A program made the position numbers and the translations under genes. From Deferribacterales bacterium (GTDB taxonomy: Bacteria; Chrysiogenota; Deferribacteres; Deferribacterales; Geovibrionaceae), in the NCBI GenBank assembly GCA_050253335.1, contig JBFWJG010000037.1, positions 1 to 27,800 on the forward strand: 27,800 bases of DNA. The letters are read 5' to 3'. A model generated the notes under the pieces. It was given only the letters and a program-made list of their open reading frames with translations, was not told the DNA's origin and did no database searches. This document shows, piece by piece, positions 18,504-27,408 of the stretch; the stretch's first letter is position 1, and the number at the start of each line of letters is the position of its first letter.

Positions 18504-19521
18504 TAAAACCGCCGCCAAGCAGCACCTCTCCGTCATATACAGCCGCAACCTGACCGGGAGCGGGTGAAAGCTGAGGTTCGTCAAACAGCAGAACCGCCTT
18601 GCCTTCGGGAAGAATTTCAAGAGTGCAGGGCGCTTCCGTCATTCTGTAGCGCAGGCGGGCTTTTGCCCTGCGGATATAGCTGTCTGTTCCTGCGAAGATG
18701 CAGTCTTTCAGTTTGACTCCCCGTCTGGCGGATTCCTCTTTGATGCCCAGATGCACATCGCCGCTTTTGGGGTCGATGGAGCTGACATAAAGCGGTTCGT
18801 GATAGCCGATGCCGAGGCCTTTTCTCTGTCCGACAGTGTAGAAAACTATTCCGTCGTGTTCTTTCAGCGGTTTGCCGTCCAGTATGAAGTTGCCCTTTTT
18901 TATGTCCTTGTCTTTGAGCTTGCCTCGCAGGTAATCCCTGTAGTCTCCGCCCATGAGAAAGCAGACTTCCTGACTGTCTTTTTTATCCGCAACGGAAAGA
19001 CCGAACTCCCCGGCGAGCTTCCGTGTCTGATCCTTTGTCATCCCGCCCAGAGGGAAGCGTACTACCTCAAGCTGATATGGCTCCATAAGGCACAGGTAAT
19101 AGGACTGATCCTTGTTTTTATCCAGCCCCTTCGCCACAAGTTTTTTGCCGCCGTGTTCCGTTATGCGGGCATAATGTCCGGATATGAGTGCGGTGCATCC
19201 TTCGGCCTTCATCTCTCTGAAAAGGTAGTTGAACTTTGCCCCGTGGTTGCAGTGGCAGCAGGGGTTGGGAGTTTTGCCGAGTTTATATGTGCGGATGAAG
19301 TAGGATATAACGTCCTCTCCGAAGAACTTGCGGTAATCGGCTGCGTACCACTTAATGCCGAGCTGCTTTGCGCAGGCTTCCGCATCTGCGAGCGCCTGTT
19401 CCTGTCCGTCGAATAAATGCAGGGTCACGCCGGTTACGTCATACCCCTGTTCAAGCATAAGCATGGCGCAGGTTGTGCTGTCCACGCCGCCGCTCATGGC
19501 AACCATAACTTTTTCTTTCAT
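18487..19521 (-). CDS. mnmA: tRNA 2-thiouridine(34) synthase MnmA
   Basis: VAMSGGVDS, TPNPCCHCN, GHYAR, KDQSYYL, KKDSQEVCF, YTVGQRKGLG, APGQ..LGGG. Confidence 0.97.
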   Translation of the reverse strand: MKEKVMVAMSGGVDSTTCAMLMLEQGYDVTGVTLHLFDGQEQALADAEACAKQLGIKWYAADYRKFFGEDVISYFIRTYKLGKTPNPCCHCNHGAKFNYLFREMKAEGCTALISGHYARITEHGGKKLVAKGLDKNKDQSYYLCLMEPYQLEVVRFPLGGMTKDQTRKLAGEFGLSVADKKDSQEVCFLMGGDYRDYLRGKLKDKDIKKGNFILDGKPLKEHDGIVFYTVGQRKGLGIGYHEPLYVSSIDPKSGDVHLGIKEESARRGVKLKDCIFAGTDSYIRRAKARLRYRMTEAPCTLEILPEGKAVLLFDEPQLSPAPGQVAAVYDGEVLLGGGFIESVF

Positions 19522-19596
19522 TTATTTTCCTTTCTTTACTTTTTGAGTACGGGATGTTAGCAATTATTATGAACAGTATGTATTAAAAGGGATTTG

Positions 19597-20196
19597 ATGA
19601 AAGTTTCAACTGTTATTTTCGATTTCGGCGGAGTGATAGCCGAGGAAGGCTGGGCAAAAGGGGTGAGGATAATCGCAGAAAAATGCGGTCACGAACCCGA
19701 AAGCTTTTTCGGACTCTGCGTTCAGGCAATCACGGACACCGGCTTCTGCATAGGTAAAGTGGACGAATACGGCTATTGGGAAGCGGTGAAAAAGCAGGTC
19801 AGCCTGCCCATGAGCCCCGCGGAACTGAGGAATGAGATCCTTCCCCGGTTTGTGGTGCGTCCGTATATGATTGAACTGGCTGAAAAGCTCGGCAGGAAAT
19901 ACAGAACGGCAATCCTGAGCGATCAGACCCACTGGTTGGACGAACTGAACGAAAGGGACGGATTTTTTAAAAGCTTTCAGCATGTTTTCAATTCGTACCA
20001 CGACGGAAACAGCAAGCAGAACCCCTCATATTTTACAGAAACCTGTAATAAGCTGAACATTTTTCCGCAGGAAGCGGTGTTTATTGATGATAATAAGGGA
20101 AATATCGCCCGTGCTCTCGGTGCGGGGATGAACGCCGTGCTGTATGAAACCTTTGAACAGACGGCTGATGAACTGAAAAAATATGTGGAAATTTAG
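19597..20196 (+). CDS. HAD-superfamily phosphatase (YihX-like, DxGGV variant)
   Basis: Motif I IFDFGGV, motif II ILSD, motif III Lys (SKQNP), motif IV FIDD. Confidence 0.88.
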   Translation: MKVSTVIFDFGGVIAEEGWAKGVRIIAEKCGHEPESFFGLCVQAITDTGFCIGKVDEYGYWEAVKKQVSLPMSPAELRNEILPRFVVRPYMIELAEKLGRKYRTAILSDQTHWLDELNERDGFFKSFQHVFNSYHDGNSKQNPSYFTETCNKLNIFPQEAVFIDDNKGNIARALGAGMNAVLYETFEQTADELKKYVEI

Positions 20197-20210
20197 TACG
20201 GAGGTTGCTT

Positions 20211-20759
20211 ATGTTCAGAATTTCTAAACAGGATACGGCACTTGTGGTGGTTGATGTTCAGGAAAGGCTTGTTCCTGCCATGGATCCCAAGGTTTACGAA
20301 CGCATCAGAAACAACATAATCAAACTCATAAAAGGCTTCAAAATTATCGGTTCCCCTGTTCTCGTCACCCAGCAGTACACCAAAGGGCTGGGCAGCACAG
20401 TGAAGGAGATCGCTGATGAAGCGGGAGAGGATTATTTCGAGAAAGTAACCTTTTCATGCTGCGGAGAGAAGACTTTTGTGGAAAAACTGAAAAATGAGGG
20501 CATAAAGAACGTGATCCTCACCGGAATGGAAACCCATGTATGCGTTCTTCAGACTGCCGTGGATCTCATAGCAAACGGTTTCAATGTCCATGTGGTTGCC
20601 GATTCCGTCTGCTCCCGCGCCAAATTCAACTGGGAGATAGGCCTGAGGTATATGGAGAAGGCCGGAGCGGCCGTAACTGTTTCCGAGACTGTTCTTTTCC
20701 AGCTTCTGGGCGCGGCCGGAACCCCTGAATTCAAGGAAGTTTCAAAACTCATAAAATAA
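20211..20759 (+). CDS. Isochorismatase-family cysteine hydrolase
   Basis: Asp-Lys-Cys triad in VVDVQERL, EKVTFSC, ETHVCVLQT; ATG 20211 after GGAGG. Confidence 0.92.
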   Translation: MFRISKQDTALVVVDVQERLVPAMDPKVYERIRNNIIKLIKGFKIIGSPVLVTQQYTKGLGSTVKEIADEAGEDYFEKVTFSCCGEKTFVEKLKNEGIKNVILTGMETHVCVLQTAVDLIANGFNVHVVADSVCSRAKFNWEIGLRYMEKAGAAVTVSETVLFQLLGAAGTPEFKEVSKLIK

Positions 20760-20776
20760 CTGTCATTTCATGATGC

Positions 20777-20820
20777 TTTTCCGTCAGGGAGTTTCCGCTC
20801 CCGGGCGGAAAAGTTCTTTT
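20777..20820 (+). terminator. Probable intrinsic terminator after the HAD-isochorismatase pair
   Basis: TTTTCCGTCAGGGAG-TTTCCG-CTCCCGGGCGGAAAA imperfect stem followed by GTTCTTTT. Confidence 0.6.
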
Positions 20821-20921
20821 GCACCAGCCCCTGTTTTTAACACTCAGTTTCCGTTAACTTCATTGGATTTCCCGATGTTTATAGATTAAACTAATGCATA
20901 TCAATTCGGGAAGGTGTGTGT

Positions 20922-21884
20922 ATGGGAACAGGCATCAGAATATTAATGCTTCTGGCGGTGATGCTGACATGCGGAGCTGTTTTTGCCGGCGATGTGAATC
21001 TGAACATCGGATACGAAAGCTCGGCGTCAAATCAGCATGAGCTCGGCGGCGGAACAGATCAGATAATCTACGGCGGGGATGATCTTGTAACAGGCAGAAC
21101 AGGCGGCGACGGCTCCTTCGAGCCGGATACGGAGGCCGGAAACTCGGTAATAGGCTTCTCAATGTTCATCAGTGAGTATTATCAGATTTATTCAATTCCG
21201 GTGAGCTATAAAATCAGCGAAAGATTTAAGCTTACCGCGTCATTTCCTCTTGTGAGAAGAGTTGTTGAGCATGAGGGGAACGAATACAGCAAAACAGGCG
21301 TGGGCGATGTTTCTGTCGGCTTCGGCTGGCTTGCGTTCAGCAGCAAGGACTCCGAATCGGTCACAAATTTCTCGGTGACTCTTCCCACGGGTGATTCCGA
21401 GGCTGAGGACGGAGGCTACGCTGTGCCTCTCGGTTCCGGCGGCTACTCACTCTTCCTTTCGCAAAACCTCATTTACGGATTAGGCCAGTCACGCTTCTCC
21501 CTCCTCGGAGAGGCCGGCTTCAGATACTTTGCCGATGCTGAATACAAAATTTTCAACACAACGGAAGAGCTCAGGCGCGGCAATCAGTTTTTTGCCATGG
21601 GCGGACTTCAGTATCAGGCAACGGAAAAACTCAAGCTTAACGGTAAAATGAAATATACATATGTGGGCGAAGGCGAATCACGCCTTGCCGGACAAAGCTG
21701 GAAAGACAGTGACGATGCGGTGAACGCTCTGGATCTGATTCTCTCCGGAACTTATAAAGCCTATAAAAAATACTGGCTGGAGCTTGGACTGGTTGTTCCC
21801 GTTGCAACAGGCTACGGCGACGGCGTTGACGATGAGGAGGACAGAGGAGTGGGAGTCACCGCATCTGTCTACACAAGGTTCTAG
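20922..21884 (+). CDS. Outer-membrane beta-barrel protein, resembling the COG4313/MetA-pathway-of-phenol-degradation channel family
   Basis: Sec signal peptide (..LTCGAVFA), amphipathic beta strands, GVGDV..TLPTGD..LGSG pattern, C-terminal beta-signal VYTRF. Confidence 0.72.
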   Translation: MGTGIRILMLLAVMLTCGAVFAGDVNLNIGYESSASNQHELGGGTDQIIYGGDDLVTGRTGGDGSFEPDTEAGNSVIGFSMFISEYYQIYSIPVSYKISERFKLTASFPLVRRVVEHEGNEYSKTGVGDVSVGFGWLAFSSKDSESVTNFSVTLPTGDSEAEDGGYAVPLGSGGYSLFLSQNLIYGLGQSRFSLLGEAGFRYFADAEYKIFNTTEELRRGNQFFAMGGLQYQATEKLKLNGKMKYTYVGEGESRLAGQSWKDSDDAVNALDLILSGTYKAYKKYWLELGLVVPVATGYGDGVDDEEDRGVGVTASVYTRF

Positions 21885-21902
21885 GATTAAGGAGCTGTTA
21901 AG

Positions 21903-22910
21903 ATGAGAAATATATTTAAACTTTTCCTTCCGGTTCTTCTTCTTGCGGTGCTTGCCGCCTGCGGAGGCGGTTCTTCCGGTTCGGACAGTGACGGAAATCT
22001 TTCTATGAGCCTCAGGTTCGAGCAGCCGCAGGAGAGATCTGCCATCGCTCTTGAGTCGCTTTTTCTTATTGTCGCAAACGAAGATATGAGCATCGAGCCG
22101 GACAGCTACGACCTGCTCCCCCTTTATAATGAAGGAAACGGCAGCTTTACTGTTTCCGCCCTGACAGACGGCGACAAATATTACTTCAAGGTTTACGGAT
22201 ACGCCGAAGAGAGCATAGTTTACTACGGCTCCGCTTCCCTTACTGTTCAGCCGGGTTCCAACAGTCTTGACCTTTATGTGAGACTCACAAACGGCGCTTA
22301 CGAGTCCAGCATTCCTTCATTCTGTGTCGGCTCTATGTACAACGGCGCGTCAAGTCTGGCTGTGAATTACCCTGACTCTGTGGATTCATTTTATGTAATC
22401 TCGGATAACAACCTCACTGATTTCTTCGGCCCTGTCAACACCGTCAATTTCTCATCTCCGGTTGAGATAAGCGGAGCGGATGCCGAAGGCGGGTTTGAAG
22501 GGGTCTACAGCGGAACTCTTACGACAGGCGATGTGTTCATAGCGCGTGCATTTTTCACCAACATGTTTGGACAGGCAGACTTTGAGGACAGAATGTTCTT
22601 CACTGACCAGATATTTACAGATGCCTCTGTTATAGATGCGCTTCCGCCCCATGTGGATTCCGAAATTTCAAATACATTTACATGGACTCTGCCCGCAAAT
22701 TCCGGCAGTAATGAATTTACCGGTGTCGCGGTGAGAATCATTGACGGAGACACTGACGAGGAAACCTACGTGAGCTTGAGCTCTTCCGCCGAATCATACA
22801 CAATTCCGGCAGGAACGCTGAAACGCAACACATGGTACATGTTTCATGTTATAACCTCAAACGGCTGCAATATGTCCGTGGCTGAAACTTCTTTTGTAAC
22901 AAATCCTTAA
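21903..22910 (+). CDS. Lipoprotein of unknown function, acidic and beta-rich
   Basis: AAGGAG SD; lipobox LAA-C followed by a GGGSSGSDS linker; C-terminal FN3/Ig-like pattern (FTWT..SYTIP..WY). Confidence 0.8.
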   Translation: MRNIFKLFLPVLLLAVLAACGGGSSGSDSDGNLSMSLRFEQPQERSAIALESLFLIVANEDMSIEPDSYDLLPLYNEGNGSFTVSALTDGDKYYFKVYGYAEESIVYYGSASLTVQPGSNSLDLYVRLTNGAYESSIPSFCVGSMYNGASSLAVNYPDSVDSFYVISDNNLTDFFGPVNTVNFSSPVEISGADAEGGFEGVYSGTLTTGDVFIARAFFTNMFGQADFEDRMFFTDQIFTDASVIDALPPHVDSEISNTFTWTLPANSGSNEFTGVAVRIIDGDTDEETYVSLSSSAESYTIPAGTLKRNTWYMFHVITSNGCNMSVAETSFVTNP

Positions 22911-22917
22911 ACACATA

Positions 22918-22940
22918 AGGGCGGGGGACTCCCCCGCCCT
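22918..22940 (+). terminator. GC-rich hairpin, probable terminator of the barrel-lipoprotein operon
   Basis: Perfect 10-bp stem AGGGCGGGGG-ACT-CCCCCGCCCT 7 nt after the stop; AT-rich tail rather than a pure U tract. Confidence 0.7.
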
Positions 22941-23010
22941 GTTAAATTATTTTACATCTGCTTTTATATTTTTACTTTCCAAGCCCTCTCATTTCGGAAT
23001 AGAATAGGCA

Positions 23011-23886
23011 ATGTCAAACATGCTCCTGATGTTTTTAATGTTTCTGGTTATGATCTCCTGGGGGGGCTCATGGGTTAACGCGAAAATACTCGTGCGTTAC
23101 GCCGCTCCCGATCAGCTTATTTTCTGGCGCTTTGCCCTTACCAGCCTTACCCTTATTCCGGTTATGCTTCTTCTTAAAGAGGGTTTCCGCTTCCGCAGGA
23201 CAGGCTTTTTCGCTGCCCTCGGCGGAGCCGTGCTTCTCCTTGTTTACAACTTCTTTTTCTTTATGGGGCTCAAAAAAGGGCTGGCAAGCATAGGCGGAGT
23301 GCTTACCACTACGCTGATTCCCGCTGTAACATACTTTATCAACAAACTTATTTCCCGAGGCGGGTTTCTGAAAAAAGATATCATGGGGCTCTGCATAGGA
23401 GCCGTGGGCGCCGGATTCATTTTAAGGATCTGGGAGATGGACTGGTATGCCCTGTTTCACAGCGGCAACGTGTTTTTTCTTCTTGCCGCAGTGACATGGG
23501 CGGTGCTCACCAACCTCAGCGCAAGGGTTAAAACTATTCTTTCCCCCATAGGGTTCAACTTTTACCTTTCGCTGTTCACGACTATTTTCATATTTGCCTA
23601 TATGAAAGGGGATGTGGGAAGCATTGCCTCTTTTGACGGGCTGTTCTGGCTGAATCTTTTCCTTCTGGCAGTTTTCGCCACCACCTTCGGTTCATCTGTT
23701 TACTTTATATGCGCTTCCAAGCTGGGTTCGGATAAGGCCAGCTCATTTGTTTTTCTTGTTCCCGTGAGCGCACTTATTTTCAGCATGGCTTTTCTCGGGG
23801 AGAAGGTGGCATGGAGCACTTTCACCGGAGGAGCGATAGCGCTCTGCGCTGTTTATCTTATCAATAAAAAACCCGGAGCCGCCTAA
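23011..23886 (+). CDS. DMT/EamA family transporter
   Basis: 291 aa, about ten hydrophobic segments; ISWGGSW, FWRF, LVPVSALIFSMAFLGE. Confidence 0.92.
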   Translation: MSNMLLMFLMFLVMISWGGSWVNAKILVRYAAPDQLIFWRFALTSLTLIPVMLLLKEGFRFRRTGFFAALGGAVLLLVYNFFFFMGLKKGLASIGGVLTTTLIPAVTYFINKLISRGGFLKKDIMGLCIGAVGAGFILRIWEMDWYALFHSGNVFFLLAAVTWAVLTNLSARVKTILSPIGFNFYLSLFTTIFIFAYMKGDVGSIASFDGLFWLNLFLLAVFATTFGSSVYFICASKLGSDKASSFVFLVPVSALIFSMAFLGEKVAWSTFTGGAIALCAVYLINKKPGAA

Positions 23887-23898
23887 ACACCCACTCAG

Positions 23899-23926
23899 TT
23901 CAGAACGGCGCACCTGCCGTCCTGAA
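23899..23926. terminator. Imperfect hairpin between convergent genes
   Basis: TTCAGAACGGCG-CACC-TGCCGTCCTGAA; no U tract on either side. Confidence 0.35.
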
Positions 23927-23955
23927 GCGGAAATGAGGCGGTTCTTCCTTAGTTC

Positions 23956-24432
23956 TCAGCAAACCCTGATTACCTTTGCTCCGGTAATACGCAGGAGCTC
24001 CTGCGGAGTTATTTTATAGATGGAGTAGGGTGAGCCTGCCGCTGACCAGATTTCGGAGAACTCCATGAGTGTCTCGTCCAGAAAAACTATCGGTTCCTCT
24101 TTATGGGCTATGGCGGGAACGCCGCCTATGACATATCCTGTTTTCTCTCTTACGAAGTCTGCATCCGCCTTGTCGGGTTTCTCGCCGAGGTGATCACGGA
24201 TCAGTTTTGTATCCACACGGTTTGCTCCGCTGGTGATGACCAGCACGGCTTTGTCCGCTTTTTTTGCCTTGAATACAATTGATTTCGCTATCTGCGCCAG
24301 TTCGCAGCCTGCGGCGTCCGCTGCTTCCTGCGAGGTTTTGGTTGATTGTGAGAATGTGAGAACCTCAGTATCTACTCCGAGTTCCCTGAGTGCATCTGTA
24401 ACTTTTGCTACGCTGTCCTGCGGTTTCTTCAT
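23956..24432 (-). CDS. YbaK/EbsC (ProXp) family aminoacyl-tRNA deacylase
   Basis: AQIAKSIVF (conserved Lys), SGANRVD, VREKTGYVIGGVP, WSAAG. Confidence 0.9.
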   Translation of the reverse strand: MKKPQDSVAKVTDALRELGVDTEVLTFSQSTKTSQEAADAAGCELAQIAKSIVFKAKKADKAVLVITSGANRVDTKLIRDHLGEKPDKADADFVREKTGYVIGGVPAIAHKEEPIVFLDETLMEFSEIWSAAGSPYSIYKITPQELLRITGAKVIRVC

Positions 24433-24507
24433 ACTGCGCCTTCATTTTTTTGATTTTATTTATCATAAAGCTGAGAAATTTTAAAGCCGTAACAGCCTTT
24501 CAGGGAT

Positions 24508-24544
24508 AAAAAAAAGCCCGCCTCCGTGAAAGGGGGCGGGCTTT
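24508..24544 (-). terminator. Rho-independent terminator of the sdh operon
   Basis: Minus strand AAAGCCCGCCCCC-TTTCAC-GGAGGCGGGC followed by T8, 22 nt after the sdhB stop. Confidence 0.9.
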
Positions 24545-24566
24545 ATTGTTTGCAGTTTGCTTTAGA

Positions 24567-25274
24567 TTAGAACTCAGTGTCCAGAAGCATTTTTCTGATG
24601 TTCATTATTGCTTCCGTGGGGTTGAGCTCTTTCGGGCATGCCTCTACGCAGTTGTAGATTGTGTGGCATCTCCATACGCCGTGCTTATCGTTGAGGATAG
24701 GCAGACGCTCCTCAGCACCTTCGTCCCTTGAGTCAGCGAGGTATCTCCATGCTCTGAGGAATGCGTTGGGTCCGAGGTATTTTTTGTCAGCCCAGTATGA
24801 GGGGCATGAGGATGAGCAGCATCCGCAGGCTATACACTCATACAGACCGTCAAGTTTCTTCCTGTCTTCGGGAGACTGGTAGATTTCCTTGTCGGGGTTG
24901 GGTGACTTTCTTATGAGGTAAGGCTTAACAGTGATGAACTTCGTGAAGAAGTCATCAACGTCAACCACGAGGTCTCTCATAACGTTCATGCCGGGAAGAG
25001 GCTGGATCACTATGTGATCACTGCCGAGATCCTCAACTTTTGTCATGCAGGAGAGCATGTTTACGCCGTTGACGTTTATGCCGTCAGAGCCGCACACGCC
25101 TTCACGGCATGATCTGCGGTAAGTCAGCGTGGGGTCAAGCTCCCATTTGATCTGGTTGAGAGCGTCAAGCATGAGGTAGCCGGGGCGTCTCAGCTCAACA
25201 TCATATGTTTTGTAGTACGGTTCCTTATCTTTATCGGGATCGTACCTGAATATTTCGAATGTAACCTTCTTCAT
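24567..25274 (-). CDS. sdhB: Succinate dehydrogenase iron-sulfur subunit
   Basis: [2Fe-2S] SCREGVCGSD..C, CIACGCCSSSCP, and CHTIYNCVEACP cluster motifs. Confidence 0.97.
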   Translation of the reverse strand: MKKVTFEIFRYDPDKDKEPYYKTYDVELRRPGYLMLDALNQIKWELDPTLTYRRSCREGVCGSDGINVNGVNMLSCMTKVEDLGSDHIVIQPLPGMNVMRDLVVDVDDFFTKFITVKPYLIRKSPNPDKEIYQSPEDRKKLDGLYECIACGCCSSSCPSYWADKKYLGPNAFLRAWRYLADSRDEGAEERLPILNDKHGVWRCHTIYNCVEACPKELNPTEAIMNIRKMLLDTEF

Positions 25275-25292
25275 TATCTCAGACCTCCCGAA

Positions 25293-27062
25293 TTAATATA
25301 CTCTGGCTTTAGGCGGGAACGGTTCAACAGTAAGCGGCTGCATGCGCACTTTTCTGTAGTCCACTCTCGGAGTTTTGCCGTCTTCTTCAAGGTACACTTC
25401 CGTGTGTTTGAGGAAGTTTGCGTCATCTCTGTCGGGGTAGTCGTCCCTGAAGTGACCGCCTCTTGATTCTTTTCTCGCCAGAGCCGCTTTTGTGGCCGCT
25501 TTTGCGACAAGAATCATGTTGTTAAGCTCAAGAGCCTCGATGAGGTCAAGGTTGTAAACGGAAGATTTGTCCACAACTCTGAAGTCGTCCATTTTGCCTT
25601 CGAGTTTGTCGAGAACTTCAAGAGCGCCCGTCATGAGCTCTTCAGTTCTGAAAACGCCCACGTTGGTCTGCATGATTCTTGTGAGTTCTTCCCAAACGGG
25701 TCCGAAGGTGTTGGTGCCGTTGGAGTTGGCAAATTTCTGCAGAGTGGCGATGCCTTCTGAGCCTGCGTTTTCAGCAAGGTCAACAAAGGGGTTTTCCTTG
25801 GCGAATTTCGCGGCCTGCTCGCCCGCTGTACGTCCGAAGACAACAAGGTCAAGCAGAGAGTTTGTTCCGAGCCTGTTTGCACCGTGAACGGAAGCGGAAG
25901 CGCACTCGCCCGCAGCGAAGAAGCCGGGTACGTATTCCTCGCCGTCCATATTGCCTTTGATAACCTGAGTGAGGTAGCCTGTGGGGATACCGCCGTTCTG
26001 GTAGTGGGCAGTGGGCACAACGGGGATGGGTTCCTTAGTACAGTCAGCACCGGCGAAAACGAGTGAGAGCTCGTGGATGCCGGGAAGTTTTTCAAGGATG
26101 GCTTCCGCGCCGATGTGGTCGATCTTGAGGAGAACGTGGTCAGCTTTGGGGCCTACGCCGCGTCCGTCAAGGATCTCTTTCATCATTGAGCGTGAAACTA
26201 TGTCTCTGGGGGCAAGGTCTTTGATGGTGGGCGCATAACGCTCCATGAAACGCTCGCCGTCTTTGTTGAGGAGGATTCCGCCCTCACCGCGAACGCCTTC
26301 TGTGATGAGGTTGCCCGCACCGTAGATTCCTGTCGGGTGGAACTGGAAAAACTCGGCGTCAGACCAGCTGAAGCCTTTTCTCATGGCGAGTGCGAGACCG
26401 TCGCCCGTGTTTATGTGTGCGTTAGAGTTAGTCTGGTAGATACGGCAGTTACCGCCTGTGGCGAAGATTATCGCCTTGGCGTGGAAGATGTGGAATTCGC
26501 CGTTCTGGATGTCATAGCAGAGAACGCCGTTAACCGCGCCGTTGTTCACGAGAAGCTCAAGTGCATAGAACTCGCTGTAGAAGTGGGTTCCCTGCTCGAC
26601 TGATTTCTCATAAAGGTTCTGGAGCATTGCGTGGCCTGTTCTGTCTGCCGCGTAACATGCTCTTTTTACGGGTCTTTTACCGAATTCGGCAGTGTGTCCG
26701 CCGAAGGGGCGCTGAGCGATTTTTCCGTCCGGAGTACGGCTGAAAGGCAGACCGATGTGCTCAAGGGCGATGATCATCTCAGGCGCTTTTCTTGTCATGT
26801 ATTCGGCTGCGTCCTGATCTGCAAGATAGTCGCTGCCTTTGACAGTGTCAAACATGTGCCAGTGCCAGTGGTCTTCCTCAAGGTTGCCGAGGGAAGCGGA
26901 GATGCCGCCCTGAGCGGAGATCGTGTGGCTTCTTGTGGGGTAAACTTCCGAAACAACGGCAGTTTTTACGTGCTGTGACGCAACCTGAGCCGCATTGAGC
27001 CCTGCGCCGCCTGCACCCACGACAACCACGTCGAACTTATGATATTCAACTTTAACAGACAT
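25293..27062 (-). CDS. sdhA: Succinate dehydrogenase flavoprotein subunit
   Basis: GAGGAG, covalent-FAD His motif RSHTISAQGG, QFHPTG, EGVRGEGG, HGANRLGTNSL, RKESRGGH. Confidence 0.98.
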   Translation of the reverse strand: MSVKVEYHKFDVVVVGAGGAGLNAAQVASQHVKTAVVSEVYPTRSHTISAQGGISASLGNLEEDHWHWHMFDTVKGSDYLADQDAAEYMTRKAPEMIIALEHIGLPFSRTPDGKIAQRPFGGHTAEFGKRPVKRACYAADRTGHAMLQNLYEKSVEQGTHFYSEFYALELLVNNGAVNGVLCYDIQNGEFHIFHAKAIIFATGGNCRIYQTNSNAHINTGDGLALAMRKGFSWSDAEFFQFHPTGIYGAGNLITEGVRGEGGILLNKDGERFMERYAPTIKDLAPRDIVSRSMMKEILDGRGVGPKADHVLLKIDHIGAEAILEKLPGIHELSLVFAGADCTKEPIPVVPTAHYQNGGIPTGYLTQVIKGNMDGEEYVPGFFAAGECASASVHGANRLGTNSLLDLVVFGRTAGEQAAKFAKENPFVDLAENAGSEGIATLQKFANSNGTNTFGPVWEELTRIMQTNVGVFRTEELMTGALEVLDKLEGKMDDFRVVDKSSVYNLDLIEALELNNMILVAKAATKAALARKESRGGHFRDDYPDRDDANFLKHTEVYLEEDGKTPRVDYRKVRMQPLTVEPFPPKARVY

Positions 27063-27088
27063 AGGTAATACCTCTTGTAATTTTTGAA

Positions 27089-27397
27089 TCAGATGACTTT
27101 GATCGCCAGAACCGCAAGAGTGATTCCGAATATCCAGTACGCGCCGAGGATTATGCCTCTCCAGCCTGCGCTGGAAACGTAATCGTCGGTAATCATCTTA
27201 AATCCGTTGAACGTGTGGAAAAGACCGAAGGCGATAACAGGTGCGAGAACGACCTGCATCATGCCGTATTCCCCGCCCTTCATCATGGAGAAGAAGTGCA
27301 TAAGAACAACAAGGATGAGTATTACACCGGAAATTCTCTGCATGAGCCATGCGAAGGTTCCTGTGTTGCTTGATCCCATAAATTTGTAATTGTTCAT
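27089..27397 (-). CDS. sdhD: Succinate dehydrogenase membrane anchor subunit D
   Basis: WLMQRISG, LFHTFNG, DDY; three hydrophobic helices; position in the operon. Confidence 0.9.
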   Translation of the reverse strand: MNNYKFMGSSNTGTFAWLMQRISGVILILVVLMHFFSMMKGGEYGMMQVVLAPVIAFGLFHTFNGFKMITDDYVSSAGWRGIILGAYWIFGITLAVLAIKVI

Positions 27398-27408
27398 CTG
27401 TTTTCCTC

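Noticed and set aside
18504..18620. N-terminal extension of the larE-like ORF to 18620
   Set aside because: It lies in an alternative frame of the conserved mnmA C-terminus and does not look like a LarE N-terminus
18751..19416. 221-aa + strand ORF inside mnmA, and similar ORFs inside sdhA and sdhB
   Set aside because: Antisense or alternative-frame shadows of well-supported genes
23887..23955. Intergenic hairpin as a REP/MITE element or sRNA
   Set aside because: Single copy in the window with no target-site duplication; a termination or stability role between convergent genes is simpler
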